Shown: one piece after another, positions 1 to 11,862 of the stretch
Layout: every line of letters begins with the position of its first letter
Numbering within the stretch: position 1 is the stretch's first letter
DNA from: Candidatus Omnitrophota bacterium
Lineage (GTDB): Bacteria > Ratteibacteria > UBA8468 > B48-G9 > JAFGKM01
Assembly: GCA_023819225.1 (NCBI GenBank)
Contig: JAMWCZ010000001.1
Location: forward strand, 1 to 44,811
DNA: 44,811 nucleotides
Direction of reading: 5' to 3'
The notes under the pieces: model-generated
The model's database searches: none
What the model was told of the DNA's origin: nothing
Seen by the model: only the letters and a program-made list of their open reading frames with translations
Translations under genes and position numbers: made by a program

Positions 1-411
1 ATATTTACCATCAATGCTGAGAACATCTCTACTACTTGTAGGAATATCTGGATTGTAGATAAGATTTTTATATGTAAATACAACATCATCTGCTGTAAAA
101 TTATGCCCATCATTCCATTTTACATCTTCCCGTAGAAAAAATCTCCACACCTTCCCGGTACTGTCCACCTCCCATCTTTTCGCAAGTGAAGGTTTAATTT
201 CAAGCGTAACGCCGTCAATAGATATAAGCCCTTCAAATATAAACTGTGTTATGGAAGTTGTGCTTGTCTCTTTGGCTATGATTGGATTAAACGACTTTGG
301 GTCCGAAGATGTTGAAAGCACAATTGTATCTTCGGCTTCTCTTTTGATGTGATATGTATGACATCCTGCGAAAAGAACAACAAGAAGAATAAATGCTATG
401 TGATTTTTCAT
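1..411 (-). CDS. ABC-type peptide/nickel substrate-binding lipoprotein (family 5 SBP), N-terminal 137 codons; the rest lies outside the window
   Basis: Absent from the ORF track because it runs off the window. Hand translation of the minus strand from ATG 411..409 gives MKNHIAFILLVVLFAGCHTYH (signal peptide, lipobox-like FAGC). It continues ...SSDPKSFNPIIAKETSTTSITQFIFEGLISIDG...SLAKRWEVDSTGKVWRFFLREDVKWNDGHNFTADDVVFTY, typical of the N-terminal region of OppA/DppA-type binding proteins. The ATG overlaps the kinase stop codon (TAATG). Confidence 0.6.
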   Translation of the reverse strand, partial: MKNHIAFILLVVLFAGCHTYHIKREAEDTIVLSTSSDPKSFNPIIAKETSTTSITQFIFEGLISIDGVTLEIKPSLAKRWEVDSTGKVWRFFLREDVKWNDGHNFTADDVVFTYKNLIYNPDIPTSSRDVLSIDGKY

Positions 412-1283
412 TATAAAAATTTTTTAAGTTCCAGAAGTAATTCATCCATTGATTGATATCTTAAAAAAGGTTCCTGTCTGGTTGCTTTTCTTATAATCTC
501 TTTCAATTCGGAAGGGATTTTTAAATCTTCACAAAGTATTGCCTGCTTTCCTGTGTTCTTTCTATAACTCCTCATGTCTATCCTTCTAAAATAGTCCTCC
601 TGATTCTTTTCTGGCTCATCAGGAACTTCAACTTTCGCTGTAATTACCTCGTCAATGGTAACACCAAAACTATATATATCAGAATAAAAATTCGCATTTC
701 CCTGTGCCTGTTCAGTAGCCACATAGGAAATTGTTCCATATTTCGTAACAGTCCCACCTTTTGGAAATATATCCTTTTGCCATAAACGTCCTGGAAGTTT
801 TGCTATCCCGAAATCGGTCATCTTAACAACAGCCAGGTCTTCCGATACAAGGATATTATCTGGCTTTACATCTTTATGGACTATATTGTTCTTATGAATA
901 TGAGCAAGTCCCTGTCCTGCTTCATAGAGTATTTTAATAAGAACATTAAGGGGTAGTTTATTTTTCTGGTAGAGCATCTCCTTCAGGTTTGTCCCATTTA
1001 CATACTCCATAATTATCGCATACTGGTTATGATACTTTCCAAAATTATAAACCTTTACTATATTAGGGTGGTTCAGCCCTGTTGCTATCTCTGCTTCCCT
1101 CTCAAACTGGCTTATAAGTTTTGCACGCTCGCGAAAACTTCCTTTTAGATATAGTATCTTTATCGCTACTGTATCACCATATATTGGTCTAGCAAGGGCA
1201 GAATGAGCCCTGTAAACCTTGGTGTACATACCACCACCTATTACTTCCTCTAATTTATAACCTCCGAAGTCCTGTCTTTTCAT
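411..1283 (-). CDS. Hanks-type Ser/Thr protein kinase, catalytic domain only (290 aa)
   Basis: Gly-loop GGGMYTKVY, VAIK lysine, catalytic loop HKDVKPDNIL and TDFGIAK (DFG) are present. There is no TM segment or sensor domain. ATG start preceded by GAGGA. Confidence 0.85.
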   Translation of the reverse strand: MKRQDFGGYKLEEVIGGGMYTKVYRAHSALARPIYGDTVAIKILYLKGSFRERAKLISQFEREAEIATGLNHPNIVKVYNFGKYHNQYAIIMEYVNGTNLKEMLYQKNKLPLNVLIKILYEAGQGLAHIHKNNIVHKDVKPDNILVSEDLAVVKMTDFGIAKLPGRLWQKDIFPKGGTVTKYGTISYVATEQAQGNANFYSDIYSFGVTIDEVITAKVEVPDEPEKNQEDYFRRIDMRSYRKNTGKQAILCEDLKIPSELKEIIRKATRQEPFLRYQSMDELLLELKKFL

Positions 1284-1318
1284 ATCTTGTTTTCCTCATT
1301 CTCCATTTCAAATCTTTA

Positions 1319-2059
1319 TTAACATAACTTAATATCAACAGCATCCAGAGAAACTATTTCAATATCATCTATACTTTTAACTTCTTTCTCTAAATCAAGT
1401 ATGGCTATCTTTCTATCTCCGTAATTGGAAGATGTAAATAATGTCAGACATCTATTATTAAAAATCCTTTCAGAAACAAGAGGGTCATGTCCACGAATAA
1501 GGACATTTTTTTCAAGACGCTCCATTACTTTTAAAAAATAATCCCTACCGAATTTTGGTCTTCCAAGAAAGTTTCCAAGAGCCATCCCTGGTTTGTCTCT
1601 GAAATCACCCCATATTATCCTTATCCAGTTTTCATCTCCCGGCTGTATGGTATCTATATCTTCTATTTTTTCTATATCAGGGAGAGCTCCATGCAATCCC
1701 AGAAAACCATTCCCTGAAATAACAAGTGGAAGTTCTGAAAAGATATTTTTGTAATATTCATAATCTTCTTTTGAAAGAGAATCCCAGAAATCTGAAGGGC
1801 TGCACTCTCTTACAAAAAACATCTCATGGTTACCTGCAAGCATTATAAGGTTTGGGTGTTTCTTCTTTGTATCAAGCAAAAAATCGATATTCTTCCTTGA
1901 ATCTTTTCCCCTGTCTACATAATCACCAAGCATAACAATATAATGATTATCTTTGTTGATAAATCCCTTTATTATCATTCTCGTAGTGTTATAATCCCCA
2001 TGGGTATCACCCAAAAATACCACCTTGCCTTTTTCAGGAAGTTCTATTAATTTTTCCAT
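1319..2059 (-). CDS. PPP-family (calcineurin-like) metallophosphoesterase, probable Ser/Thr protein phosphatase
   Basis: Motifs GDTHGD, GDYVDRG, GNHE and RGHD occur in canonical order. The gene lies immediately upstream of the kinase on the same strand. Confidence 0.8.
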   Translation of the reverse strand: MEKLIELPEKGKVVFLGDTHGDYNTTRMIIKGFINKDNHYIVMLGDYVDRGKDSRKNIDFLLDTKKKHPNLIMLAGNHEMFFVRECSPSDFWDSLSKEDYEYYKNIFSELPLVISGNGFLGLHGALPDIEKIEDIDTIQPGDENWIRIIWGDFRDKPGMALGNFLGRPKFGRDYFLKVMERLEKNVLIRGHDPLVSERIFNNRCLTLFTSSNYGDRKIAILDLEKEVKSIDDIEIVSLDAVDIKLC

Positions 2060-2070
2060 AAATCCAAAAC

Positions 2071-2382
2071 TTAATTTTCAGGAAGTTCAGGAGATACAGG
2101 GGGAATGATTGGTTGTTCATTCTGTATTTCTTGCTGGAGGATACTTTTTGTAGTTAATTTCCCTGGCAAAGTAGCAAGCAGAATGGAACTGATTATAAAG
2201 ATAATTGCGAGGATAGACGTTATTCTATTTAATATGATAGATGTTTCTGCACCAAAGACAGTTTCCATCCCGCCACCCCCGAATATATTTGAAAGAGATG
2301 CTCCTTTTCCCGACTGTAATAAAACCACTCCTATGAGAAGCAGTGAAACAATAAGATGAAAAATCAGCAATACAAGATACAT
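2071..2382 (-). CDS. secG: preprotein translocase subunit SecG
   Basis: Small two-TM protein with LLQSGKGASLSNIFGGGG after the first helix. It sits directly downstream of tpiA, a common arrangement. Confidence 0.8.
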   Translation of the reverse strand: MYLVLLIFHLIVSLLLIGVVLLQSGKGASLSNIFGGGGMETVFGAETSIILNRITSILAIIFIISSILLATLPGKLTTKSILQQEIQNEQPIIPPVSPELPEN

Positions 2383-2456
2383 CTTCCCCCCTTTAACTTA
2401 AACTCTAAATCTAAAATTCTAAACCTTAAAATTTTAAAAACCATACTTTTGACTTA

Positions 2457-3206
2457 TTACTTTTTATAATCTATTATCCTCAAAAACGATTCTAACTTCA
2501 AACTGGCTCCACCTACAAGAACACCATCAATATCTCCCTGAGCCATTAAAGAATCTATATTTTCAGGTTTAACACTTCCACCATAAAGTATCAGTATCTT
2601 TTCTGCAAAATCTTTTCCAAATGACTTTTCAATCAATCCTCTTATAAAGTAATGAACCTCTTCTGCCTGTTCTGGAGTTGCGTTCTTCCCTGTTCCTATA
2701 GCCCAGACCGGTTCATAGGCAATAACGACACCTGTCGTGTCTCTCATCCCTTCAAGACACTTTTCAATCTGGGTTTTAATCACATTAAACGTATTTCCTT
2801 TCTCTCTTTCTTCCAGTTTTTCTCCCACACAGAGAACGGCTGTAATTCCTGATGAAACAGTTTTTTTTACCTTCTTATTTATTATCTCATCTGTTTCCAT
2901 AAATATATTTCTTCTCTCTGAATGACCGCAGATGATATAAGAAACCCCTGCGTCTTTTAACATTCGCGTTGATATTTCTCCGGTGAATGCACCTTCTTCT
3001 TCAAAAAAAACATTTTGTGCTCCCAGTTTTATAGGAGTGCCTTCCAATATATCAGAAACAGGAACCAATGACGTAAAGGGAGGACATATAAGAATATCTC
3101 TATCACTGTAAACTTTTACACTATCTTTTAATATCCTAACAAATTCAATGGACTCCCCCGGCGTTTTATACATCTTCCAGTTTCCTGCAATTAAACTCTT
3201 CCTCAT
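2457..3206 (-). CDS. tpiA: triosephosphate isomerase
   Basis: AGNWKMY, CGHSERR and [11 protein letters not shown] motifs. Confidence 0.95.
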   Translation of the reverse strand: MRKSLIAGNWKMYKTPGESIEFVRILKDSVKVYSDRDILICPPFTSLVPVSDILEGTPIKLGAQNVFFEEEGAFTGEISTRMLKDAGVSYIICGHSERRNIFMETDEIINKKVKKTVSSGITAVLCVGEKLEEREKGNTFNVIKTQIEKCLEGMRDTTGVVIAYEPVWAIGTGKNATPEQAEEVHYFIRGLIEKSFGKDFAEKILILYGGSVKPENIDSLMAQGDIDGVLVGGASLKLESFLRIIDYKK

Positions 3207-3222
3207 CTTCTTCTCCTATCTC

Positions 3223-4407
3223 TTACTTTTTCAATACCTCTATACCAGGTAATGTTCCCTTTTCAAGGAACTCAAGAGAGGCACCACCACCTGTGCAGAT
3301 ATGGGATATCCTATCTGCAACACCTGCCTTATTTACAGCAGCAACTGAGTCCCCTCCACCTATAACTGAAAACACACCTTCATGCTGACCTATTGCCTTT
3401 GCAATTTCAATAGTTCCTTTTGCAAATGCTTCTATCTCATATATACCCATAGGTCCATTCCAGAAGATTGTTTTTGCTCTTTTTATACAGTCGGTATATT
3501 CTTCAATCGCCTGCGGTCCAATATCCACACCTATCCAGTTATGGGGAACTGTACCTCTTTCTGTGGCAAAATAGTGTGCATCAGGGGCTATTTTATCAGC
3601 AATGATATGGTCAAGTGGTGTGTGAAACTCAAGATGTCTTTTGTTTATTTCTCTGACAATCTCTTTGGCAAGTGGAACTGCATCCATTTCTACCTTAGAA
3701 TCTCCTATTTCCCAGTTTTTTGCCTTTATAAATGTGTATGCCATAACACCACCAGTAATAAGAGTATCTATCTTATCAAGGAGATTCTTAACCATCCCTA
3801 TCTTATCAGCAACCTTAGCTCCTCCAAGAATCAAAAGGAATGGTTTTTCAGGATTTTCAAGAAGTTTTGAAAGAGATGCTGCCTCTTTTTCTATAAGATA
3901 CCCTGCTGCTATGTCTTTGAAAAATTTTGTTATTCCATAGACAGAAGCATGTTTTCTATGGCAGGTGCCGAAGGCATCATTTACATAACAATCCGCAAGA
4001 GAAGCAAGTTCTTTAGCAAACTCATCGTCACCTTCCTCTTCTTCCTTATGAAACCTCAAATTTTCAAGAAGAAGGATTTCTCCTGGTTTAATGACTTGCG
4101 ATGCTTTTTTAACTTCCTGCCCTACACAATCTGATATGAATTTTACATCTTTTCCTATAAGGTTGCCTAACCTTTCAGCAACTATCTTCAAACTCATTTC
4201 AGGAACAACCTTGCCTTTTGGTCTGCCAAGATGAGAAGAAATAATAAGAGACGCCCCCTGTTTTAGAAGATATTCTATTGTTGGGATTGCCGCCTTTATC
4301 CTTGTATCATCCATAACTTCGCCATTTTCCACAGGAATATTAAAGTCAACACGTAAAAAGACCCGTTTACCTTTATAATCCTTATCCTTAATCGTTTGGA
4401 GTTCCAT
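3223..4407 (-). CDS. pgk: phosphoglycerate kinase
   Basis: [22 protein letters not shown] and GGGDS motifs; 394 aa. Confidence 0.95.
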   Translation of the reverse strand: MELQTIKDKDYKGKRVFLRVDFNIPVENGEVMDDTRIKAAIPTIEYLLKQGASLIISSHLGRPKGKVVPEMSLKIVAERLGNLIGKDVKFISDCVGQEVKKASQVIKPGEILLLENLRFHKEEEEGDDEFAKELASLADCYVNDAFGTCHRKHASVYGITKFFKDIAAGYLIEKEAASLSKLLENPEKPFLLILGGAKVADKIGMVKNLLDKIDTLITGGVMAYTFIKAKNWEIGDSKVEMDAVPLAKEIVREINKRHLEFHTPLDHIIADKIAPDAHYFATERGTVPHNWIGVDIGPQAIEEYTDCIKRAKTIFWNGPMGIYEIEAFAKGTIEIAKAIGQHEGVFSVIGGGDSVAAVNKAGVADRISHICTGGGASLEFLEKGTLPGIEVLKK

Positions 4408-4426
4408 ATATCCCCCACCTCCTAAA

Positions 4427-5498
<1,072 letters not shown>

Positions 5499-5589
5499 AA
5501 TTTTATTTTCAAGTCACGGTCCTGGCTAACACATTTGTGTGATAAACCTGGCGCCAGCTCTTTAGTGGCGGGTCCCACCGTTACATCTT

Positions 5590-5702
5590 TCCACCCCTAC
5601 TTCTCCCCTCACCCCTTTCTTCCCTCTCTCCTTTATCCCCTCTCCCTGAGGGAGAGGGTGTGGGTGAGGGGGGATTGCGGGGAGAGTGTTAGGGCGAGGG
5701 AA
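5590..5702. repeat. GC-rich hairpin-unit repeat cluster A (degenerate, about 2 units)
   Basis: cccctcaccc...ccctctccc-tga-gggagaggg-tgt-gggtgagggg followed by gcggggagagtgttagggcgaggg. The block vocabulary matches the arrays at 25.9, 30.8, 39.0 and 41.6 kb. It lies between the comFC stop and the gap promoter. Confidence 0.7.
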
Positions 5703-5747
5703 ATTTTTCCATTCTTACATCTCACGCCTTTCTTCCTTCTCTATTAT

Positions 5748-6374
5748 TTATACCTTCGCTATCGTTAAAATTATAACTTTCTCTGCACCATTTTCCAATA
5801 ATGTTTTTTTGGCTTCCTGTGTTGTTGCACCTGATGTATAAACATCATCTATTAGAAGAACCTTCTTATTTTTTATGAGATGCCTTTTCTTTACATTAAA
5901 ACTTCCTTTTACATTTTTTTCCCTGCCTGTTTTATCCATCGCCGTCTGAGAAAGAGTGTTTTTGCATTTGACCAGTACACCTGAAAGATATTGCTTTTTT
6001 AAGAGTTTTGAAAGATAAAAAGCAATGATGCTACACTGATTAAATCCTCTGAAAAACTCTTTCGTCCAGTAAAGTGGTACAGGAATTATAACATTAAAAT
6101 TATTTATACTATTGTTAATGAGAAAGTCGTGAATAAGTAAAGCAAACCTTTTTCCATAATATTTTTTCCTATTGTATTTCAACCAATGTATGGCTTCTTT
6201 TACAGGTCCATCATATCTTAGAATATGAAATGTCTCTGTGTTATTATAATTCTCTATGTGTATTATCTGTTCTTCACACTCTCTACAAAAGCCATATCTG
6301 TTAAGAGAAGATGTGTTTTTACACCCCATACATCTTGTAGCCCAGAAAAGATTCAGAATTTTGTTGATAGACAT
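5748..6374 (-). CDS. comFC: ComF-family protein (phosphoribosyltransferase domain)
   Basis: N-terminal Cys pairs (CMGC...CRECEE) plus the PRTase loop VLLIDDVYTSGATT. Confidence 0.75.
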   Translation of the reverse strand: MSINKILNLFWATRCMGCKNTSSLNRYGFCRECEEQIIHIENYNNTETFHILRYDGPVKEAIHWLKYNRKKYYGKRFALLIHDFLINNSINNFNVIIPVPLYWTKEFFRGFNQCSIIAFYLSKLLKKQYLSGVLVKCKNTLSQTAMDKTGREKNVKGSFNVKKRHLIKNKKVLLIDDVYTSGATTQEAKKTLLENGAEKVIILTIAKV

Positions 6375-6397
6375 ATCTGGATTAATATTTTACAATA

Positions 6398-7450
6398 ATG
6401 GTAATGGAAATAAAAATTAAGACCCGTTATATAAGTAAGGAGTTTTTTATAAATTTTCTTTTTGCAGTGGGTATTACGGTCTTTATCTTTTCACTTGATG
6501 CTGTATTTCAAATAATTGAAGTGCTCGTAAAAGGCACTTTTTATCCTGTTATTGTTCTCTTTATTTTTTTCCTTACCTTGTTTTCTTCTTTCTTATACAT
6601 CATTCCACTTTCTTTTCTCTATGCGTCATCTTCTCTTTTCTCCCGTCTTGCTATAGACAGGGAGACATTAATATTTTTTTCATCAGGGATAAATCCATAC
6701 AGGTTAATGACCATCCTTCTTATTTTTGCCTTTGTAGGGTCTTTACTTCTCTTTCTCTTTAACTTTTTCCTTCTTCCTGAAATTAGTTATAAAAGGAGGG
6801 AGATGATATACCGCCTTCAATTTAAAAATCCCCTCTCTCTCTTACAGGAAAAGAACACAACCACAGATATCCCAGGTATCACAATTTATATTGAAGAAAT
6901 AAAACCATCCTATAAAATGAAGAATATCTCCATTACCTATAAAGAGATGGAGAAAACCCACTTTTTAAAAGCGGAAAGAGGTAGGGCAAATTACGACCCT
7001 GCCACAAATCAGATGATATTTAACCTGCAGGATGGTTTTCTTATAATTTATGATTCTGTCCAGACAATATCAAAATTAGATTTTGCTAATTACAGGTTTG
7101 TAATACCTCTACCTCATAATTTTGGTATCCATGGTACTATAAAACCAAAAGTTTCCGAAATGTACATCGCCGAACTACTTTCCAGTAACGGCATAAGGGA
7201 AAAAATAGAGATACAGAAAAGAATTGTCTTTTCAATTATTCCAATTGTCTTTGTTCTTATAGGGACATCTCTCGGTATAAGATTACAACAGGAAAGCAGA
7301 TTGCTTCACATAGGCATTGGAGGAGGTATAGCAATGCTCTTTCTACAATTGGTTGTCTTTGGAGAAGTCCTTTCTTATAAAACAGAAATATCTTTGTTTG
7401 TATGGTTACCTGTAGTCATTTTGTTCATAGTATGGAGTTTTTTAAAATGA
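6398..7450 (+). CDS. lptF: LptF/LptG-family LPS export permease (YjgP/YjgQ)
   Basis: A 350-aa protein with 3 TM helices, a soluble middle domain, then 3 TM helices. It is the first of two tandem paralogues, with an N-terminal TRYISKEFF motif. Confidence 0.7.
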   Translation: MVMEIKIKTRYISKEFFINFLFAVGITVFIFSLDAVFQIIEVLVKGTFYPVIVLFIFFLTLFSSFLYIIPLSFLYASSSLFSRLAIDRETLIFFSSGINPYRLMTILLIFAFVGSLLLFLFNFFLLPEISYKRREMIYRLQFKNPLSLLQEKNTTTDIPGITIYIEEIKPSYKMKNISITYKEMEKTHFLKAERGRANYDPATNQMIFNLQDGFLIIYDSVQTISKLDFANYRFVIPLPHNFGIHGTIKPKVSEMYIAELLSSNGIREKIEIQKRIVFSIIPIVFVLIGTSLGIRLQQESRLLHIGIGGGIAMLFLQLVVFGEVLSYKTEISLFVWLPVVILFIVWSFLK

Positions 7451-8499
7451 GTATAAAAACAAGATATACTATATCTACTTTTTTAAAATTATTTTTAATG
7501 GTAAGCATATCTTTTCTTATACTGTTTTTTTTCATAGAAATTATTGACAATACTTATTCTATTATACGACATGGTGGCAGATTTAGCATTTTAAAACCGC
7601 TGTATAGATTACCATCAATTTTTGTAGAGATTTCTCCTGTTATTACATTTTTAAGCAGTATGTTTTTACTTGGAGAGATGATAAAATATGGAGAGGTAAG
7701 AGTCCTTGAATTTTCAGGAATAAGACCTATAAGTATCTTAAGAATACTGTTTATATGTGGACTTATCATTTCAGGATGTGCCTTTTATATCAAAAACTTC
7801 TCATCCCCATTTCTACTTCGCAAGATAGAAGAAAAGAATGAAATAGAGATATTGAGTTTTTCAACGGATAGATATCTTTTATATAGTGAAAAATTTATCC
7901 CCCCTTCTAATTTTTTGAAGATACAATTTTCAGAGATACTTAAAAATGGTGACATTATTACCGTAAACGCCACAACTGCCATATATGTCGGAAATGGTGA
8001 CTGGCTTTTCAAAAAAGGTAAGTTATGGTATTTTGATAAGTCCGGCCACCTAAAAAATTCTGAGAATTTTGAAAAAAAGATTCTGCCAATTATGATTGAA
8101 CCTGATATTATTGTTGAAAAATCCCGGGATATAAATGAACTTTCCTATAAAGAGATAAGGAATATGATATTAGAGTTAAAAAAACTTAATATATTACCTG
8201 TCTACCTTGAAAGTGCTTATCAGGAAAGATTTGCCTATCCCCTTTTGAATATGTTCTTTCTTTTTATCCTTGTCCCTTTCTTTTATATAAAACATAAAAT
8301 TTCACGGGTATTTGTGCTGGGACTTTCTATATTTATGTCTTTTATATGCTACGGTATATTCTCCTCCGGAGTTACCCTTGCAAAAGCAGGTAAAATCCCT
8401 GTATTTCTTGGTGTTTGGCTTGTACATATACTACTTTCTGTTTCGGTTATCTTATATTTTTTCTGGTTGCGGAGAAAGACAAAATTATGTATAATGTAA
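7447..8499 (+). CDS. lptG: LptF/LptG-family LPS export permease (second paralogue)
   Basis: Start re-picked at ATG 7447 (MSIKTRYTISTFLK), which overlaps the lptF stop as ATGA. The architecture matches the upstream gene. Confidence 0.7.
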   Translation: MSIKTRYTISTFLKLFLMVSISFLILFFFIEIIDNTYSIIRHGGRFSILKPLYRLPSIFVEISPVITFLSSMFLLGEMIKYGEVRVLEFSGIRPISILRILFICGLIISGCAFYIKNFSSPFLLRKIEEKNEIEILSFSTDRYLLYSEKFIPPSNFLKIQFSEILKNGDIITVNATTAIYVGNGDWLFKKGKLWYFDKSGHLKNSENFEKKILPIMIEPDIIVEKSRDINELSYKEIRNMILELKKLNILPVYLESAYQERFAYPLLNMFFLFILVPFFYIKHKISRVFVLGLSIFMSFICYGIFSSGVTLAKAGKIPVFLGVWLVHILLSVSVILYFFWLRRKTKLCIM

Positions 8500-8549
8500 A
8501 TTAAAAATTTAACTTTCCATTTTAAATTTTAGTAAAAGAGATTATTTTA

Positions 8550-10634
8550 ATGAAAAAACAGGATATTCTAATAGAAATAGGATGTGAAGACCTACCTTTC
8601 TGGGCAGGAGAGTATTTCAGAGAACAATGGGTACCTGTTTTTACTTCATTACTGGTAGAATACCGCCTTGACCATGGAGAGGTAAATTTTTTTTATACAA
8701 TAAGAAGGATAATTTTATATATAAAAGATATAAGTCCAAAACAGAAGGATATAACAACAGAAATATATGGACCACCTATTGAAATGTCTCTTGATAAGAA
8801 TGGGAATTTTAAACAGGCAGCATATAAATTTGCAAATTCACACAATATGAGTGTTGAAAATCTCCTTGTCAAAGAAAGAAAGGGGAAAAAAGTTCTTGCC
8901 CTGATTAAATATGAAAAAGGGAAACAGACCTCTGAAATATTTGGCGATATTTTAGAAGAGAGCATCAGAAGAATAGAGATACCAAGAGGGATGAAATGGG
9001 ATGGAGGAAACTTCAAATTTTTAAGACCAATCCGGTGGATAACAGCACTTTATGGGAAAAAAGATATAAAAATATCCCTTGCCGGAATAAAAAGCACAAA
9101 ATTTTCATACGGACACAGAACCCTTGCACCTTGTAGATTTAAGGTTTCCAATCCCTCTGACTATATGGACAAGGTTATTAAAAGATTTGTTATGTTTGAC
9201 CCTGATATCCGTTTTGAATTTGTAAAAGCAGAGATATCAAGAAAAACGGGAATTAAGAATTTTATTTTAGATGAAAAACATCTAAAAAAAGTTGTATCTT
9301 TACTGGAATATCCGGTTATAGAGGTTTGTAGATTAAAAGAAGAGTACTTAGAGATTCCACAGGAAATAGTGAGCGCAGTGATAACCAAACTCAATGGTAT
9401 CCCTTTATTAGATAAGAATGGGCATTTGAATAGAAATTATATAGCTGTCTTTGATGGAGTTGGAGGAGATGAGATAAAAAACAATTATCAGGATGTTCTG
9501 TATGCGAAAATGGAAGATGCTCTATTTTTTATAAAAATGGATTTAAGAACGGACTTTGCCGGTTATATAAATGGTCTTAAAAATATCATATACCATCCTA
9601 AATGGGGAAGTATGTATGAACGGGTTGAAAGATTCAAAAAGATATATAGTATAATGAACAACTATTTTGATTTAAGCGATGAAGAAAAGGGAAACATTTA
9701 CACGATAATCTCTCTATGTAAAAATGACCTGTCAACCTTAATGGTTACAGAGTTCCCTGCACTTGAAGGGGTTATAGGCAGAATCTATGCAGAGAAAAAC
9801 GGATATAACAGTATAATTGCATCAGGGATTGAACAGCATTACTGGCCTAGATATAGTGGAGATGCTCTCCCCCGGACTAAAGAATCAGCCGTATCTTCTA
9901 TTATAGTACGACTTGAAACTATATGTGGTTTTCTTCTGGATAATATGGAAATAAAAGGTAGTGGAGACCCTTATGGACTTAAAAGAACTACCAATGGTCT
10001 GATTGAAATAATATGGGATAGAAAACTGAATTTCCCCCTAAGAGAGGTAATCAGAAAAATACTTGAAGTTTTTGGTTCTTATTCCTCTGAAGGAGAGGAC
10101 AGAATAATGGACTTTATCTTGCAACGTATTGATAACCTGTTTGCAGGTGAAGGTATTTCTCCTGGCATTAGAAAGGCAGTTATGGCGGTGGATGGGGAAA
10201 ACCTTGTAATTTTAAGAGAGAAGATAGACGCAATTGAAAACTTTTTCAAAACAGGTTCGGCAAAAAATATACTTGTTCCATTCATCCGGGTTGCCAATAT
10301 TTTAAAACAGGCAAAAGAAAAAGGTGTCTCGCCGGAAACTTTTGAAGAATCCATGCTTGTTGAAAAGACAGAAAGAGAACTCTATCATTTTTATAGAGAA
10401 AACCTAAAAATATCAGAATTACTTGATAATAAAACCAGAGATTATGTGGGCTTCCTCAGACAATTAAGTAAATGGCGTGAAATCATTGACAGATTTTTTG
10501 ATGATGTCCTTGTTATGTGTGAAAATGAAAACCTAAGAAATAACAGATTGGCATTATTGAAAAAAATCAATAACCTATTTCTTCTATTTGCTGACTTTTC
10601 ATTAATACCAATTGTGGAGGTTGAAGATGCTTAA
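8550..10634 (+). CDS. glyS: glycine--tRNA ligase beta subunit
   Basis: 694 aa with N-terminal LIEIGCEDLP, as in GlyS. No glyQ is adjacent. Confidence 0.9.
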   Translation: MKKQDILIEIGCEDLPFWAGEYFREQWVPVFTSLLVEYRLDHGEVNFFYTIRRIILYIKDISPKQKDITTEIYGPPIEMSLDKNGNFKQAAYKFANSHNMSVENLLVKERKGKKVLALIKYEKGKQTSEIFGDILEESIRRIEIPRGMKWDGGNFKFLRPIRWITALYGKKDIKISLAGIKSTKFSYGHRTLAPCRFKVSNPSDYMDKVIKRFVMFDPDIRFEFVKAEISRKTGIKNFILDEKHLKKVVSLLEYPVIEVCRLKEEYLEIPQEIVSAVITKLNGIPLLDKNGHLNRNYIAVFDGVGGDEIKNNYQDVLYAKMEDALFFIKMDLRTDFAGYINGLKNIIYHPKWGSMYERVERFKKIYSIMNNYFDLSDEEKGNIYTIISLCKNDLSTLMVTEFPALEGVIGRIYAEKNGYNSIIASGIEQHYWPRYSGDALPRTKESAVSSIIVRLETICGFLLDNMEIKGSGDPYGLKRTTNGLIEIIWDRKLNFPLREVIRKILEVFGSYSSEGEDRIMDFILQRIDNLFAGEGISPGIRKAVMAVDGENLVILREKIDAIENFFKTGSAKNILVPFIRVANILKQAKEKGVSPETFEESMLVEKTERELYHFYRENLKISELLDNKTRDYVGFLRQLSKWREIIDRFFDDVLVMCENENLRNNRLALLKKINNLFLLFADFSLIPIVEVEDA

Positions 10635-11862
10635 AAATATTGACGAAGAAGTTTATAATGCTCTCCTCTGTGAACAAAAGAAACAGAGAGACACGATAGG
10701 TCTTATCCCTTCAGAAAATATAGTAAGCAGAGATGTTCTGAAGTTAATGGGTTCCGTTTTTACAAACAAATATGCAGAAGGATATCCTGGTAAACGTTAT
10801 TATGGTGGGTGCAGATTCGTTGATGAGATTGAAAATTTAGCTATTAAAAGGGCCTGTATGCTGTTGGGAGCAGAACATGCTAATGTCCAGCCGCATTCAG
10901 GAAGTCAAGCAAATATGGCTGCCTATTTTTCGGTACTTAAACCAGGTGATAAAATCCTTGCTATGGATATCCTTGCTGGTGGGCATCTAACACATGGATT
11001 AAAAGTTAACTTCTCTGGAATATTTTATCAGGCAGTTTTTTATAATGTGGAAAGGGAAACAGAAGAGATAGATTATGACAGAGTAAGAGAGATAGCACTA
11101 AAAGAGAAGCCAAAGATGATTGTATGCGGTGCAAGTTCATACTCAAGAATTATTGATTTTAATAAGTTTTATAATATCTCTCAGGAAGTAGGTGCCTATC
11201 TTCTTGCTGATATAGCACATATTGCAGGACTTGTTGTTGCAAATCTTCACCCATCACCTGTCCATCTTGCTGACTTCGTTACTTCAACCACACACAAAAC
11301 CCTTAGGGGACCAAGGGGAGGACTGGTTCTCTGCAAAAAAGAATACAGCAATAAACTTGATAATTCCATAATTCCAGGCATTCAGGGTGGCCCACTTATG
11401 CATATAATAGCAGCAAAGGCACTTGCTTTCAAAGAAGCGATGAGGCCTGACTTTTTTGACTATCAGAAACAGATAATTAAAAACTGTAAAAAACTATGTG
11501 AAGAATTTAAAAATAGAAACTACAGAATTGTAAGCGGAGGAACGGATAACCACCTGTTTGTAATAGACCTGAGAAATAAAAGGATAAACGGCAATGAATA
11601 CGAAAAACTACTTGAGGAAGTTGGTATAATAACAAACAAAAACCTTATTCCATACGACCCTCAACCACCATCTATCACAAGCGGGTTAAGAATCGGCACC
11701 CCTCTTGTTACAAGTAGAGGAATGAAAGAAAACGATATGGCACTCATTGCTGAATGGATGGACGATACATTAAAAAACAGAGAAAATAAAAAAGTTCTGA
11801 AAGATATTGCTAAAAAGGTAAGGAGATTCGCTCATGAATTCCCCATCTATCCATCGGCCTGA
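10627..11862 (+). CDS. glyA: serine hydroxymethyltransferase
   Basis: [17 protein letters not shown] and the PLP-lysine motif [14 protein letters not shown]. Start re-picked at ATG 10627 ([10 protein letters not shown]), overlapping the glyS stop by 8 nt. Confidence 0.95.
   Translation: MLKNIDEEVYNALLCEQKKQRDTIGLIPSENIVSRDVLKLMGSVFTNKYAEGYPGKRYYGGCRFVDEIENLAIKRACMLLGAEHANVQPHSGSQANMAAYFSVLKPGDKILAMDILAGGHLTHGLKVNFSGIFYQAVFYNVERETEEIDYDRVREIALKEKPKMIVCGASSYSRIIDFNKFYNISQEVGAYLLADIAHIAGLVVANLHPSPVHLADFVTSTTHKTLRGPRGGLVLCKKEYSNKLDNSIIPGIQGGPLMHIIAAKALAFKEAMRPDFFDYQKQIIKNCKKLCEEFKNRNYRIVSGGTDNHLFVIDLRNKRINGNEYEKLLEEVGIITNKNLIPYDPQPPSITSGLRIGTPLVTSRGMKENDMALIAEWMDDTLKNRENKKVLKDIAKKVRRFAHEFPIYPSA

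Noticed and set aside
2105-2359. Antisense or embedded ORFs inside well-supported genes (for example 2105-2359, 3382-3870, 4569-4889, 8693-9016, 18360-18725, 24100-24435, 32641-33114 and 36636-37223)
   Set aside because: Each lies opposite or inside a gene with clear family motifs. Their translations are low-complexity or hydrophobic noise typical of antisense frames in AT-rich DNA.
5548-5557. Perfect 10-bp palindrome CTGGCGCCAG and the GC-richer ~70 bp upstream of the gap promoter as an operator (for example CggR-like) or small RNA
   Set aside because: It occurs only once and has no match to the CggR direct-repeat operator. It lies upstream of the -35, so it is not in the 5' UTR. The evidence is not enough to call anything.
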